This document shows positions 14,985-28,320 of a DNA stretch of 64,000 nt, piece by piece (the first letter of the stretch is position 1; every line of letters begins with the position of its first letter). A program made the position numbers and the translations under genes. The stretch comes from Eledone cirrhosa (taxonomy: Eukaryota). Location of the stretch: the NCBI GenBank assembly GCA_964016885.1, contig OZ024740.1, positions 397,110,001 to 397,174,000 on the forward strand, given 5' to 3'. The notes under the pieces were generated by a model, which was not told the origin of the DNA, ran no database searches, and was given only the letters and a program-made list of their open reading frames with translations.

Positions 14985-15178
14985 TGTGGATTGGCAGTAT
15001 CAGTAGAGGGTCGGACGCCATGCTTTGATGCATAGAGTTACGGCCCTTGCCATTCTGAGTTCAAATCCCGCCAAGGTTAACTTTGCCTTTCATCCTTACG
15101 GGGTCAATAAAATAAAGTACCAATAATGCACTGGGTAATTGCTTGCCTTGTGCCTAACGTAGAAACAATTATTATTAT
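14985..15178 (+). mobile_element. SINE family 1
   Basis: High identity to 3759-3952. Confidence 0.88.
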
Positions 15179-15371
15179 GGCGGGTGATTGACAGTATCGG
15201 TAGAGGGTCGGACGCCATTCTTTCCAGCATAGTTACATCCCTTTATGGTCTGAGTTCAAATCCCGGCGAGGTTTACTTTGCCTTTCATCCTTACGGGGTT
15301 GATAAAATAAAGTACCAGTAATGCACTGGGTAATTGCTGGCCTTGTGCCTAAAGTAGAAACAATTATTATT
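15179..15371 (+). mobile_element. SINE family 1, head-to-tail with previous copy (different subfamily)
   Basis: Same architecture; diagnostic bases match 50763-50949. Confidence 0.88.
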
Positions 15372-15374
15372 GAC

Positions 15375-15935
15375 AACCTGTTATGTAGGATCTGTGGAGA
15401 GAGAGAGGAAACTGTATCCAAGTATAAACACTAAGTCCAGGATGGAGGCATGATATCATAGGAAAAATGATTCACTGGCATTTATGCAAACTGAACAAAT
15501 TACCTCATTCTGAGAAATGGTACAAGCATAAGCTAGAGTCAGTGATAGTGCTGTCGGATTTCAGAATGCAAACAGACAAATAATTAGAACACAATAGACC
15601 TGACCTGGTGGTGTTTGACAAGGAACAAATATTGTGCCTGATTGTAGATGTAGCCTGCCCCATTGACACAAGAGTGCAAGAAAAGGAGGAGAAAATTAAC
15701 CAATACCAGGATTTAAAGTGGGAATTAAAAAGGATTCAGGACTGTCATGAGATCAAGGTCATCCAAATTGACGAAGAGATTTCAAGGATGGTTAAAGAAC
15801 ATTAGTCCAGCCCCCTTTTTTGGAACCCTTCAAAAGGCATGCTTGCTAGGAACAGCAAGAACCCTCGTTCTTTTGAACAAACTTTACAGTTAAATAACAT
15901 CAATGACTGAGACTCCAAGAAGATAATAATAATAA
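15375..15935 (+). mobile_element. Decayed R4/Dong-clade LINE 3' end
   Basis: Paralogous to 18610-19268; HNRPDLVVFDK...IVDVACPIDTRVQEKEEK; (AAT)n tail. Confidence 0.85.
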
Positions 15936-16725
15936 TTGCCATGGTTTGAAATACCAAGTTGAAATCTGGAGCAGGATATCCACTATCGATGAGGGTAGGT
16001 GGGGTCTCTCTAAGCCTTGGTTGGCAGTCCACCTAGTGATGGTGTTGCGATAAAATACTGATAGTTGTGCAATAACACAAACGCAAAACCTCTATTAGTG
16101 AAATGTCAAAACAAAGTAAACAAAATAACAGTAAACATGGGACTGGAACCCTAGATGGTGTAGGTGTCTCATCCGGCAGTCTCAGTGCACCTGGTCCAGC
16201 CTTAGTCGGTTATCATCCCGCAACAGATCAAAGTATGGGAAGAAAAAATGGGAGAAAGCAGTAAGCAAGGTTATAATAGAATATTGGATTAGAAGCAACC
16301 CTTCGACTAGAGGGTAGTGAAAAAGAATGAAACAAATATGGGACTATTTCTGGCTAGTGAACAGAAAATAGTCAACCAGGCAAAGATGATTTGAGTGAAT
16401 GAATGGCTGATGAATATAGAGATTGAAGAAATAAAGTGACATTGCAATACTGCTGATGCAAATGAGGGACAAGAGAAATTTAAATGTGTTGAGAATGTAG
16501 ATCAAGGACTACAATATACTGAAGAAAGGGAAGCTGATAGGCATAGCTCACTTCCAGAAAATGAGGAAATTGTGCTGCAAAAGGCACATGTTGAAGGAGT
16601 CAATGAGGATAAAAAACTTGTGAAAGATGTGGTGAACAATTTCAGAAACAATTCAGACAAGATTCCACCAAATTTACAATACATCAAAATGAAGAAAGTT
16701 AAAACAGCAACATTCAGGTTCATGC
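15936..16725 (+). mobile_element. Decayed R4/Dong-clade LINE 5' region
   Basis: Broken frames read SNPSTRG...SEQKIVNQAKMI*VNEWLMNIEIEEIK, resembling the R4 N-terminal domain. Confidence 0.55.
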
Positions 16726-17099
16726 ATGCTAGTGTTGGAGAATAAAAGAAGGTAATTAGGAAATTCTAAGCAGTCTGTATAGTTTAGATTAATTTATGTC
16801 CTTTGCATATAGTAATCTAAAAGGTGTGGAGATTTTCAAAATAATATTTTTAGAAGTACTGTTGTTATATAGGCTCAAATCTTCCCTAATCATCAAAGGT
16901 ATTGCAACCATCATCAAATCTTTTTTTAGGGATAATGCAGTGAGAATTATATTATCCAATGTGTCCTTTTTTGAAGATGCTAAGGTGTAATTTTTAGGAG
17001 AGATTTGACAGCTATTTCTAACAGGTTCAATGACCATATACAGCCTCCCTTGTTGGTATCTGGTACTATACTATATTAAATTTCTTTCACTAAAACCTT

Positions 17100-18120
17100 A
17101 TTACTTTGGCCATCAATGAATTATATATCCAGAAGCAATGTCTGAAAGTTTTTACTTGCATAACTTTCACAAGTTTGATTTAACTTTTACCTTTCGTAAT
17201 TTCCTATCTTTCTTTCTGGCATTTGTCCCTCTATTTTAAAGATGAAACAAATTTTCCTAGAATTTAAGTTGCAGCTTAGCCATCGGTAACTTTTTATATA
17301 AGCCATTAAATATTTCATTCTCTAGAGCTTTGTATTTATATTACTTTGAGGTGTAGTTCTTCTGAGCTATTCTGCAGATTTCTTTTCAATAATCATTTTC
17401 TTCCCTTCTGCTTGTATTCAGCAGAAATATGTTTTTGGTAGTTTCTAGAAGGAAAATTTCGATGTTGTATGGCTTGCTTAATAATAATTATCATCATTAT
17501 CCTTTTATCTATAACTCTCGAGACAACTTTTCTATATCTCAGCAGCTTGTCAACATCTGCATCTGTGTGATGAATTTGAAATGCTATCAATAATTTTCTC
17601 ATCTTTCTATCTAATCACATTAATATGTTTATCCTCAAGTTTATTGATCAAAATTATATATTATTACTGATACAGCTAATACACAATTTCATTTTCAGTT
17701 TTTAAATCCACCCTGAGCAATGTCCTAATGATATTCTTGTCTGATTTTCTTTTATGTTCTTGAGTATACTACTATGTCATACTGCTCATTTATTTCATAA
17801 AAATTATGGACTTATTCTTCTTATAATTCCTTCATCTTCATGTTTTTTTCTAACTATGTATTGCATGCTTTTGAAGCTGTTCTCTTTTTAGCCTGACTTT
17901 TGCACATTTTTCTTCTCTATTTTCATGCAAATATCATAACTGAATTTCTGAACCATTTGCAAATAAATCTTCAGTTGTTTGTTACCTTTTGAATAAATCT
18001 TCAGATCATCTATAGATAATAGATAATTTATGACCATCCCATAACATTTGTATCCATAGCTAGTTTGGTTTAACATAGTGGTCAGTAGCATTATCACTAA
18101 GCAAAAGAGGAGTGATGTTC
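17100..18120 (-). pseudogene. Older decayed R4-like RT region
   Basis: TSLLFCL, YLLSIDDLKIY (YMDD box), VQKFSYDICM, HTDADVDKL motifs in ORFs 17888..18148 and 17393..17602. Confidence 0.7.
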
Positions 18121-18189
18121 CGATGATGATGATGATGATGATTTGCAAATGGTTCAGAAATTCAGTTATGATATTTGCATGAAAATAGG

Positions 18190-19268
18190 AAGACTAGGAA
18201 GCTATTGTTCCACAAGAGGAGTGATGTCGATAGACTCTACTTAAGGAGATCTGAAGGTGGAAGAGGTCTTATCAGCATAGAGGACTGTGTTCAGATGGAG
18301 AAAAACAACCTACACAAATACGTGACTGATAGTAAGGAGCCAATGCTCAGAATTGTACTGAAGGAGAGGACAATAGACCAGGGGATGTCCAAGGAGGAAA
18401 TAACAACAAGGAGAAAGAGCAGCCTTCATGAAAAATCCCTTCATAGTACCTTCTTTGAGAAAACTGAATTCAGAGATCCACAGACATGGAACTGGTTGAG
18501 AAGAGGAGACCTTAAAAAGGCTACAGAAGGAATGCTAATGGCTGCGCAAGAGCAGGCCCTCAAAACAAAGTGGTTGAAACACCATATTTACAAGAAGGAG
18601 GCTAGCCCACTGTGCAGGATCTGTGGAGAGAGAGAGGAGACTGTGGCTCACATTGTATCTGAGTGTAAACACCTAACCCAGACTCACTATAAAGGCTGGA
18701 GACATGATGTGATGGGCAGGGTGATCCACTGGCACCTATGCAAAGTAAACAATTTACCACATTCTGAGAAGTGGTATGAGCATAAGCCAGAGTCAGTGAT
18801 AGAAAACGATCAGGTGAAGGTGCTGTGGGATTTTAGGATACAGACGGACAAGAAACTGGAACACAATAGACCTGACCCGGTGGTTTTGGACAAGGAAAAA
18901 AGATTGTGGATGTGACCTGCCCATTCGACACGAGAGTGCAAGAGAAGGAGGAGGAGAAAATTAACCTATACCGGGACTTAAAGTGGGAGGTAAAAAGGAT
19001 TTGGAACTGCCATGAAGTCAAAGTGGTCCCAATTGTCATAGGCGCACTAGGTACTATCTCAAAAAGTTTCCAGGGATGGTTAAAGAAAATTGGCCCCGCC
19101 CTGCTTTTTGGAACACTTCAAAAGGCATGTTTGCTGGGAACAGCAAGAACCCTCCGATACGTCCTGAATATCTGAGGCTGCAGGTAGTGGCTTGATATTC
19201 ATTTCAACAAACTTTCCAGTTAACTAACATCAATGACTGAGACTCAAAGAACAATAATAATAATAATA
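18190..19268 (+). mobile_element. 5'-truncated R4/Dong-clade LINE (CCHC knuckle plus restriction-like endonuclease), one frameshift
   Basis: DRLYLRRSEGGRGL, CRICG-EETVAHIVSEC, RHD, NRPD..D, K..Y, VVPIVIGALG, LQKACLLGTA; (AAT)n tail. Confidence 0.93.
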
Positions 19269-22200
19269 TATTTCTGATTCTATATCACAAAATATTCTTT
19301 GAACGCATAATAAATGTTGAAACATTTACAAGCACTAGTGTTGTTATCAGGATCAATGTTTATGCTTATAGCTAACTTGGCAATGTCTTTATAAACATGA
19401 ATATACATCATTTCAGTTACATCAGCAAAATAAGTAATTTTTAGAAGATGCAACTGATTTAATTTAATTATAATCTAAGTATAATTTAAAAGTTAATTAT
19501 GTATAATTTCTTATATTCTCATCTTATGACATCGTAAACAATTAGCATTGCTTTAACAGTTATAAAACCATGAGGCTATTTTTTGCTAGAATTATTCTAA
19601 GTATATAAGCAATGATCAGTCTATAATCTTAAGTTATACAGAATTTGGATGTTATCATTATCTAAAATAAAAAATATCAATAATATACTTCACTATTTTA
19701 AGATACCATGAAAGACTGCCTTTAAAATATTTGAATTGGAAAGTTTCCTGTCACTTTCTGAGACATTTTATAACTTGCAATATTTTTTTTTTTGTGAGGA
19801 TTCTATGTTAATAGCAAATTGCCAATTGCAGATTAGGCATGGTGCTATCCTTTTGGGGTGGTTAAGTCCAGGCCATCAGTACCTAAAACCTTTATATAAC
19901 CTCCTTGTATTCTAAAGTTAATTTCCGTGTTCACCAGAACATGTTTTTGGTAGTTACTAGTAAGAAAGTTTTTGTACGGCAATTATCATTATCATTATTA
20001 CATCTATACCCCAGAACATGAACTTTCTATACCTCATTAGTTAATCCTTCATATGTATATATATTTCATATAGAAATTACTTCTTGTAGACGTCATTTCT
20101 ATATGAAATAAATATGTACTTTCTCTACTAATATATAGAATATACCTGTATTTTCCTTCTATTACTTGGCAAGTTGTGCTTTGTATTATTCTTGTTTTGC
20201 TTTTGTTGTTTTATAAATTTGACAATCCATAAAGTCTTCTAATTTATGTATATTAAAATATGATTCATGCAGATTTGATGGAAAAGACAACAATAATTCA
20301 AAACCAAGATAATTGTGTTTAATAGATAACTAGTAAATGATTTTAGAAATAGATGAGACATATTGGAATTTAAGACCAATTGTCACAAGAAGGTAATCTA
20401 GAAAAAATAGATAAGACATCCAATAAAGAAATTCAATTTCATACATGTAAACATGTTGTATATTTGTGCTTTATTGTGAGAACACATCCAAGCTCTAACC
20501 CAAGGCAATGCAATACTGAGGATATAGTAACCATAGCATAGCTTTGATTAATTGGTATCTCAATTGTTATACCATCATTGAAGCCACATGCTTTTACATG
20601 TTTATATAATCAGATATACAAGTTTCTTTTGTTAGAAGAGAAACAGCATGAACTGAGAACACAAAATTAACAGGTCTAATGGGATTGCTAGCTGGTTGGA
20701 TCAAGATATTGACATTAAAGAATCAGAATAGATACCTTATGAAATGAAAAAAATCAAGCAAGAATATTATTGACTCATTAAAGCCAGGTATAAATTCAAA
20801 GTATAAGGCTGAAAAATCATAAGAGACTCAATAAAACATATATAAAACAATTCAGTGAGAATATTTAAAATAAAGCCACCAAAGACTAGACACTGATAGG
20901 CTTTATTTATTATAAGAAAAGACATAAGACATTTTGTAATTAGAAAATAACTATAGGAAAGTTATAAATTTATACAATTATATATGAGAAAATAGCTGTA
21001 ACAAACATGAAAAAAAAAAAGGAATTATTCTGTATCTAAGGTGACTGATAATATAGAAAATAAACTAGAGTAGGAAATGAGCAAGAAAAACAAAATGAAT
21101 CTTAAGAAGAAATTATATAAAAAAAACAAAAGCACTTGAACATATAATGAAAGTAGAAAGAGAAGAAAAATCTTTCACATGGTCAATTCTCTATTAAACT
21201 CAAAGGAGCCAACATAGACCATCAAGAATCACTTGACTGAAAATCTCTTGAAAATAGCACAAGATCAATGCCTTACTATCATATTAGAAAAGTTGAGTCC
21301 TATGATTGTTGACAATGTACAGAGTTCAAAGAAACAAATTACCCAGCCTTAGCAAAAACCAAATATGCTAACAGGTGTAAAACATTGGCTACTGAAAACA
21401 AAGGAAGCTTTGATACAGCCACTCAAACTCCTAGAGATAACAACTACATCTTCATTAAAATACACCTTACAATATTAAAAAGGAAGAACATATTAGATAA
21501 TGCGTTTGATAACATTTTGTCTGAACAGAAGATAGGATTGGCTGACATGAAGCTAATAACAAAAACATTGTAGTCGTCAATTGAGATTTTTGCGATGTAT
21601 GAACAATTTGAATAGTGAAAGAAATAACATGCTATTGCTGTCACATGCCAAATCAGAGTGGAAGAAATCAGAAGAGTTTTCTTAAAGCAAACTCTACTAA
21701 AACACTCATCAATATGTCAAAACCATTGAAGTCATGTCATTGCCATTAATGGATTATTGCAAATTTGCTTGGAATGGTCCCGTCTATTGAAGGTTTCTCA
21801 ATTTGAATAGACAGACTCCAGGCAAAAGATGATAGCATTATAGTCGAGTTCTATATACTAAAATCAACTAAACTACTGACTTTGGAATATTCTTCTGTAT
21901 CAAACTATATTGTGTGGTTAGCTGTAATATATAGGTCATCTTCCAGGAAAGTAATGCAAGACTGAAGCCCATTTAACTCAATTTGATCTTTCATTTGAAG
22001 ATAATCATTTTCATTCTTGAGAAACATGATTGTTACAACTCTTCCAAATTCAATCATTAGTGAATATATTTGATTAGGAAAATAATTGATTCAGCTTATC
22101 AGAATTGCATGAGATAAATAAAAGTGAATTTATAAGTTAATATATGCAGTATATGTGAATATATAATGTACACTGTATATGTAAATATGACCTATTGTAT

Positions 22201-22284
22201 CCTAAGGCAATTATATCAACAAACTATTGACTAAGACAATTTTTAGAGTAGTCTTTAAATATATATATGCATTTATATATATAA

Positions 22285-22473
22285 TGAAGGAAGTGTGGTA
22301 AGGAACCAGGTGGACCATAACGCACCAAAGTACTCAATACTTGAGGTAGTAGAGTGGGTAATAGGAACCAGTAAGACCCCGACAGCTGAGCTCAAGCCGT
22401 TTCGACGGCTAATTCTACTAGAATTAGCCGTCGAAATGGCTTGAGCTCAGCTGTCGGGGTCTTACTGGTTCCC
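22285..22473. mobile_element. Small non-coding fold-back repeat, copy 1
   Basis: Homologous to 33253-33417, 44790-44992, 50400-50533; 54-bp-arm palindrome 22364-22472. Confidence 0.85.
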
Positions 22474-22491
22474 ATTTATATATATATATAT

Positions 22492-23232
22492 ATCATTATC
22501 ATCATTTTACATCCGCTTTTCCTTGCTTGCAAGGGTGGGACGGGTCCTATTTAGCACAGCATCTCTCCATTTGTCATGGTCTTTCGTCATCTCCTCGGTG
22601 AGCTTCAGCGATCTGAGGTCAGCTTTCAACACCTCCACCCATGTTTTTTGTGGTCTTCCCTGACTGCATCTTCCTTCTACAGCGGTCATCCTCCATACGT
22701 ATCACATGTCCATACCAATGCAGTCTTATCTCCCGCACACTACAGTCTATCCCTTATACAGTTTCACTCTCAACTAGTCTATGCTTGGTCATTCACACAC
22801 ATTGACATTGCACATCCAACAGAGCATGCTTGTTTCATTTCTCTCCAGCCATTGCATATTCTCCACAGTTGCTGCCCATGTTTCACTACTATGCAGCATC
22901 GCGCATCACACACAGGCATCATATAACCGGTCTTTCATTCGTAGGGAGAAACCCTTCTTTGTCAACAGAGGAAGCAGCTCCCTAAACGTTTTCCAACCCA
23001 TCGCTATTCTAGATACTATGGCCTCGGAGCACCCTCCTCCCTTACTAATCTGATCACTTAGGTATCAGAAGCTATCAACCACCTCTATAGATCCTACCTG
23101 CATTTGAAAAATATGTCTATCACTGCGACTTCTACTTTCAAATTTCCTTGTACATCTACTGCCTATGTAGTTTTCCCTACCTGTTAGTTTGCTAGCTATC
23201 CCACTACATCTCTTGTGTACCCAAGATCTGCA
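22492..23232 (-). mobile_element. 5'-truncated RTE LINE (family A)
   Basis: Paralogous to 25523-26270; GRPQKTW..., (GAT)n tail. Confidence 0.9.
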
Positions 23233-23254
23233 ATGTTAGCAGGGCAGGTAAATC

Positions 23255-23295
<41 letters not shown>

Positions 23296-23432
23296 TATAT
23301 GTAGAAGTTATATTTAATTTGTTGGGATACAATAAGCAAATATTTTTATAACTGATATAAAGCACTCAACAAATTTTTGGAGTAAAAATACAATATATTA
23401 ACAAATGGAAACTATATTTATAAAACCATATT

Positions 23433-23497
23433 TATTTCATTATACATATTTCAAGGACACCAAAGAAAATTATGGTGCGCTTTCATCAGATAAAATA
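23433..23497 (-). ncRNA. Minimal type I hammerhead ribozyme motif in a Penelope-like terminal repeat
   Basis: Minus strand: UAUUUUAU CUGAUGA AAGCGCACCA-loop-UGGUGUCCUU GAAA UAUGU AUA AUGAAAUA; stems I, II and short III pair by eye. Confidence 0.65.
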
Positions 23498-24489
23498 TAA
23501 TATAGATCAGTATTATAAACAAATATTGACACACCCTTAAAGAATGCGACCATGTCGGTTGGAAGCTGTACGGCTTAATTCGGGATGTTTGTTTACAAAC
23601 ACACCGAGCATTATAATAAATTTTTGGTAAATCCATACGTATATATATACATACTACTGTACATCTGTATACATATGTGTTAAGAGGTTAATTTCATCAA
23701 CAGGAATATAACTTTTGCTAAAGTGTAAAAATGCTAGTAACATTGCATCACGTAGCTTTTTTTCAAAAACAAACAAAATGATTGGTCTATCAAGTTTTTT
23801 TGTAGCTCAGTACTTTGGTTAAGGTTAACTTAAAGAGGTTAATTTTGTTGATTCATCATCATCATCAACGTTTAACGTCCGTGTTCCACACTTGCATGGG
23901 TTTGGACGTGGGTATTCCCACTTGAGGCAAGAGTGATTGTCTTGCTCGTAAGTAACAGCACATATATATATATATACATATATATATACATATATAGATA
24001 TTAAAGTTTAACGTTTTTTGAAATATCCAGTTCTGCATTTACAGATTGACTTTGTTAGTTTCACAAGATCCCGTTAAGGGTGAAAGTAGCGATTCTTTGC
24101 TTAAACTTTAATCTGTTATTTTAATAAATATTTGCTCTACGGTTCTTATATATTTGATATATATTTATCCTTATCGAGCCCTCTTTGGATTTTAGTCTTC
24201 AAATTTATTATTATTACTATATATATACATATATATATATACATGTATATATACATATATATACATATATATACATATATATACATGCTCTGTGATAATA
24301 AAAACACATGCACAGAGGGGAAAATGAATGATGATGTTAATTTAACCGTGAATTCCCTCCTGGGTCCTATATTGATCATTACTTTGCTTTCCATGTCCTT
24401 GATAAGCCCACTTAGCGCGATACGTACGTAGGTGCACTATTATATAAACATGTTTTAACAGTTTTAAACTGTTTGTATTCATTTCCTTT

Positions 24490-24706
24490 ATTATATACAT
24501 ATGTATATATATACATATATACATATATATATATAAAGATATATGTATATGTATATATATATATATAAATATATGTATGTATATATATATGTATATATAT
24601 ATGTATATATATATATGTATATATATATGTATATATATATGTATATGTATATATATATATATGTGTATATATATATGTATATATATATACATATATATAT
24701 ATATAC
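24490..24706. repeat. (TA)n/(TATG)n microsatellite
   Basis: Direct reading. Confidence 0.95.
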
Positions 24707-24710
24707 ATCA

Positions 24711-24991
24711 TTTCTCAAACCGGGTGATGTGTTGTTTCCTTGAGCAAGACACTTTATTTAACATTGCTCCAGTTTACTCAGCTGTAGAAATGAGATGATA
24801 GGGACTGGGGTCCCTATCATTCCACTGCAAAGTGGTCATGGAGGTGCCACGGCGAAAAAGCACCCAGCACTCACTGTAAATGAGGTTGGTGTTAGGAAGG
24901 GCATCCAGCTGTAGAAATCATGCCAGAATCAGTTCCCGTCCCACCCTTGCAAGCAGGGAAAAGCGGATGTAAAATGAAATGATGAAATGAT
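24711..24991 (+). mobile_element. SINE family 2, 5'-truncated
   Basis: Matches 34003-34289. Confidence 0.88.
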
Positions 24992-24994
24992 ACA

Positions 24995-25050
<56 letters not shown>

Positions 25051-25091
25051 TATATCTATGTATATAACTATATATATATATATCTATATTT

Positions 25092-25137
<46 letters not shown>

Positions 25138-25153
25138 CTATATATATATATTT

Positions 25154-25204
<51 letters not shown>

Positions 25205-25318
25205 CATATATATATCTATATATATACATATATATATCTATGTATATATATAGACATATATATATATATATATATTTATACATATATATATCTATATATA
25301 TACATATATATATCTATG

Positions 25319-25352
<34 letters not shown>

Positions 25353-25394
25353 CATGTAAATATATATATACATACATGTAAATATATATGTATG

Positions 25395-25428
<34 letters not shown>

Positions 25429-25523
25429 TTTATACATATATATATCTATATATATATACATATATATATCTATGTATATATATACATATATATATATATA
25501 CATATATGTATATATGTATGTAT
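24992..25523. repeat. (TA)n compound microsatellite
   Basis: Direct reading. Confidence 0.95.
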
Positions 25524-28140
25524 ATCATCATCATCATTTTACGTCCGCTTTTCCCTGATTACAAGGGTGGATTGGGTCTTATTCAGCACAGCATCTCTCC
25601 ACTCATCACGGTCCTTCGTCATCTCCACCGTGAGCTTCAATGATCTGAGGTCTGTTCTCACCACCTCCGCCCATGTTTTTCGTGGTCTACCTCTACCACG
25701 TCTTCCTTCAACTGGCATTTCCTGGCACTTCTTCACCCATCGGTCATCCTCCATGCGCATCACATGTCCATACCACCTCAGTCTCCTCTCCGGTACACTA
25801 CATTCTATCCCTCTCAGACACAGTTTCTCTCTCAACACATTTATGCTGGGTCGTTCACACATCCAACGAAGCATGCTTGCCTCATTTCTCTCCAGCCGTC
25901 GCATATCCTCTGCAGTTGCTGCCCATGTCTCACTACCATGCAGCATCGCGCTCCTCACACAGGCATCATACAACTGGCCTTTCGTACGCAGGGAGAAACC
26001 CTTCTTTGTCAACAGAGGAAGCAGCTCCCTAAACTTCTTCCAACCCGTCCTTATTCTAGATACTATGGCCTCGGAACACCCTCCTCCCATGCTAGGTACC
26101 GGAAGCTATCCACCACTTCTATAGCGCCCTCCTGCATTTGAAAAATGTGTCTATCAATGTGACTTCTACTGTCTAATTTCCCTGTACACCTACTGCATAC
26201 ATATTTCTCCCTACCTATTAGTTTGCCTGCTATCCCGCTATATCTCTTGTGTACCCAGGATCTGCATTGTGTGCATTTTATAGAATTTATGCCAGTTCCT
26301 TTTCTGCATATCGAACATGGCCATTTCCCTGACGGAATCAGGGTTTTGTCCTCTTTTCTACTCATCAACACTTTTGTCTTAGCTAGATTCACTCTCAGCC
26401 CTCTTGCTTCCAACTGCTGTTTCCATAGCCAGAATTTATTCTCTAGCTCCTCTACTGATTCTGCTATAAAAACCAGATCGTCAGCATAGAGAAGTTTCCA
26501 TGGACAGCCAGTCTTAAACTCCTCTGTTATGGCTTGGAGGACTATAATGAACAAGAGCGGGCTGAGGACCGAACCCTGATGTACTCCTACTTGTATCTGG
26601 AATTCCTCACTAAACTCCATTCCTACCCTGACTTTACTGAGAGTACCTCTGTACAAAGTTTGCACTGTCCTCACAAGCCATTCCTCAACACCTAGCTTCC
26701 TTAGAGACCACCAGATGACAGATCGGGGTACCCTATCAAAGGCCTTCTCTAGGTCAACAAAGGCTAAGTATAGTGGCTTATTCTTCTCTAAGAACCTCTC
26801 TTGCAATTGTCTCACCAAGAAGAGGGCATCTGTTGTACTCTTCCCAGGCACAAAACCAAACTGCATCTCATCTAGTTTGACCCTTTCTCTAATTAGTTGT
26901 GCGAAAATCCTTTCTGCCACTTTCATAATCTGTTCTATCAGTTTTATACCCCTATAATTGCTCCTCTCCAGAGCACCCCCTTTAACTTTGTAGCAATTTA
27001 TGAGAATACTGCTGCACCAGTCTTTGGGTATGACACCACCATATATAGCTTGATTGATGATGCGTGCAACCAGTTTAGTGCCTACGTCCCCTGATGCCTT
27101 CAGCATCTCAGCAACTATTCCCAATGGTCCGGCAGCCTTACCATTGTCCATTTCCTTAATCGCCTCTTGGACCCTATATTCGTCAATCTCAATAGCTAGT
27201 CCCTCTGTCGGATCTACCAAGGGTAATTTCTCTCTCTCTCCCATTTGTTCTCCACATTCATCAGTCTCTCATAATTACATTTCCAGGCCTCCTTTTTCTG
27301 ATCATTCGTGACACTAAGTACACCGGCATCATCCCGGACACATTTATCTCCAACAACATCCTGATTTGCATTGACACACTGCCTTGCAATGTGGAACACC
27401 GCACGCCTCTGATCTTCCCGTCGCAGAACATTGGCAAACCTTCTACTCTCTGCCTCCCTGCATGCTAAGTACACCTGACGTCTAGCTTCTCTCTTAGTGG
27501 CTGTATATTCTTCCCTACTCCCACCCTTTTTCCAAGCCTTCCATGCTAGTCTTTTGTCTCTAATAGCCTTATCTACTGTGCTGTTCCACCACCAGGTCAC
27601 TCTCTGTCTGGTTGGAGCTCTGCTCCAGCCACAAGTTTCATCAGTAGCCTGCAGCAAGTTGTCACGTAAGAAATTCCAGTTATTATCTACGTCATACATC
27701 TCTAAATCGTCTTCTTTTTCGTCATATACATCTTGAAGGGCTTTCCTAAATTTGTATTTTAGTGAAAGGTCTTTTAGCTTCCAGACCTTTCTTCTCCACA
27801 CCTTCCTATATGTCTCATTCCATCTCTTGCTTACTGAGATATCACTAACAACTAACCTATGGTGTGGGGTACATTCTTCCCCAGGGTATGCCTTGGTATT
27901 AGACACTATCTGCCTGTCCCGCTGCCTAACTAGTAAGAAGTCAATCTGGCTTATGTGCTCACCAGATTTGTAGGTTATTAGGTGATTGGCAGGTTTCTGG
28001 AAGTTTGTGTTGCAAATAGTCAACGTACCTGCATCACAAAATTCAAGAAGTCTCACTCCTTCATTTCTTGAACCGTAACCGTGCCCACCATGTACCCCAG
28101 TGTAACCATCCTGGAGCTGTCCAACATGACCATTGATATC
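25523..28140 (-). mobile_element. RTE LINE family A, truncated within APE domain, two frameshifts
   Basis: ORFs 27214..28173 (DINGHVG, SQIDF, HHRLV), 26063..27244 (NYRGI, QFGF, FVDLEKAFD, QGSVLSP, YADD), 25539..26090; stop codon adjoins (GAT)n tail. Confidence 0.95.
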
Positions 28141-28320
28141 ATCATCATCATCATCATATATATATTTATACATATATATATCTATATATATACATATATA
28201 TATCTATACATATATGTATATATGTATTTATATATATATATATACATATATGTATATATATATGTATGTATATATATATATATATATATGTATGTATATA
28301 TATATATATATATATATATG

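Noticed and set aside
22313-22360. Twister-like appearance (UAAC...GAGUG) in the fold-back family
   Set aside because: L4 loop and second pseudoknot do not fit the twister consensus
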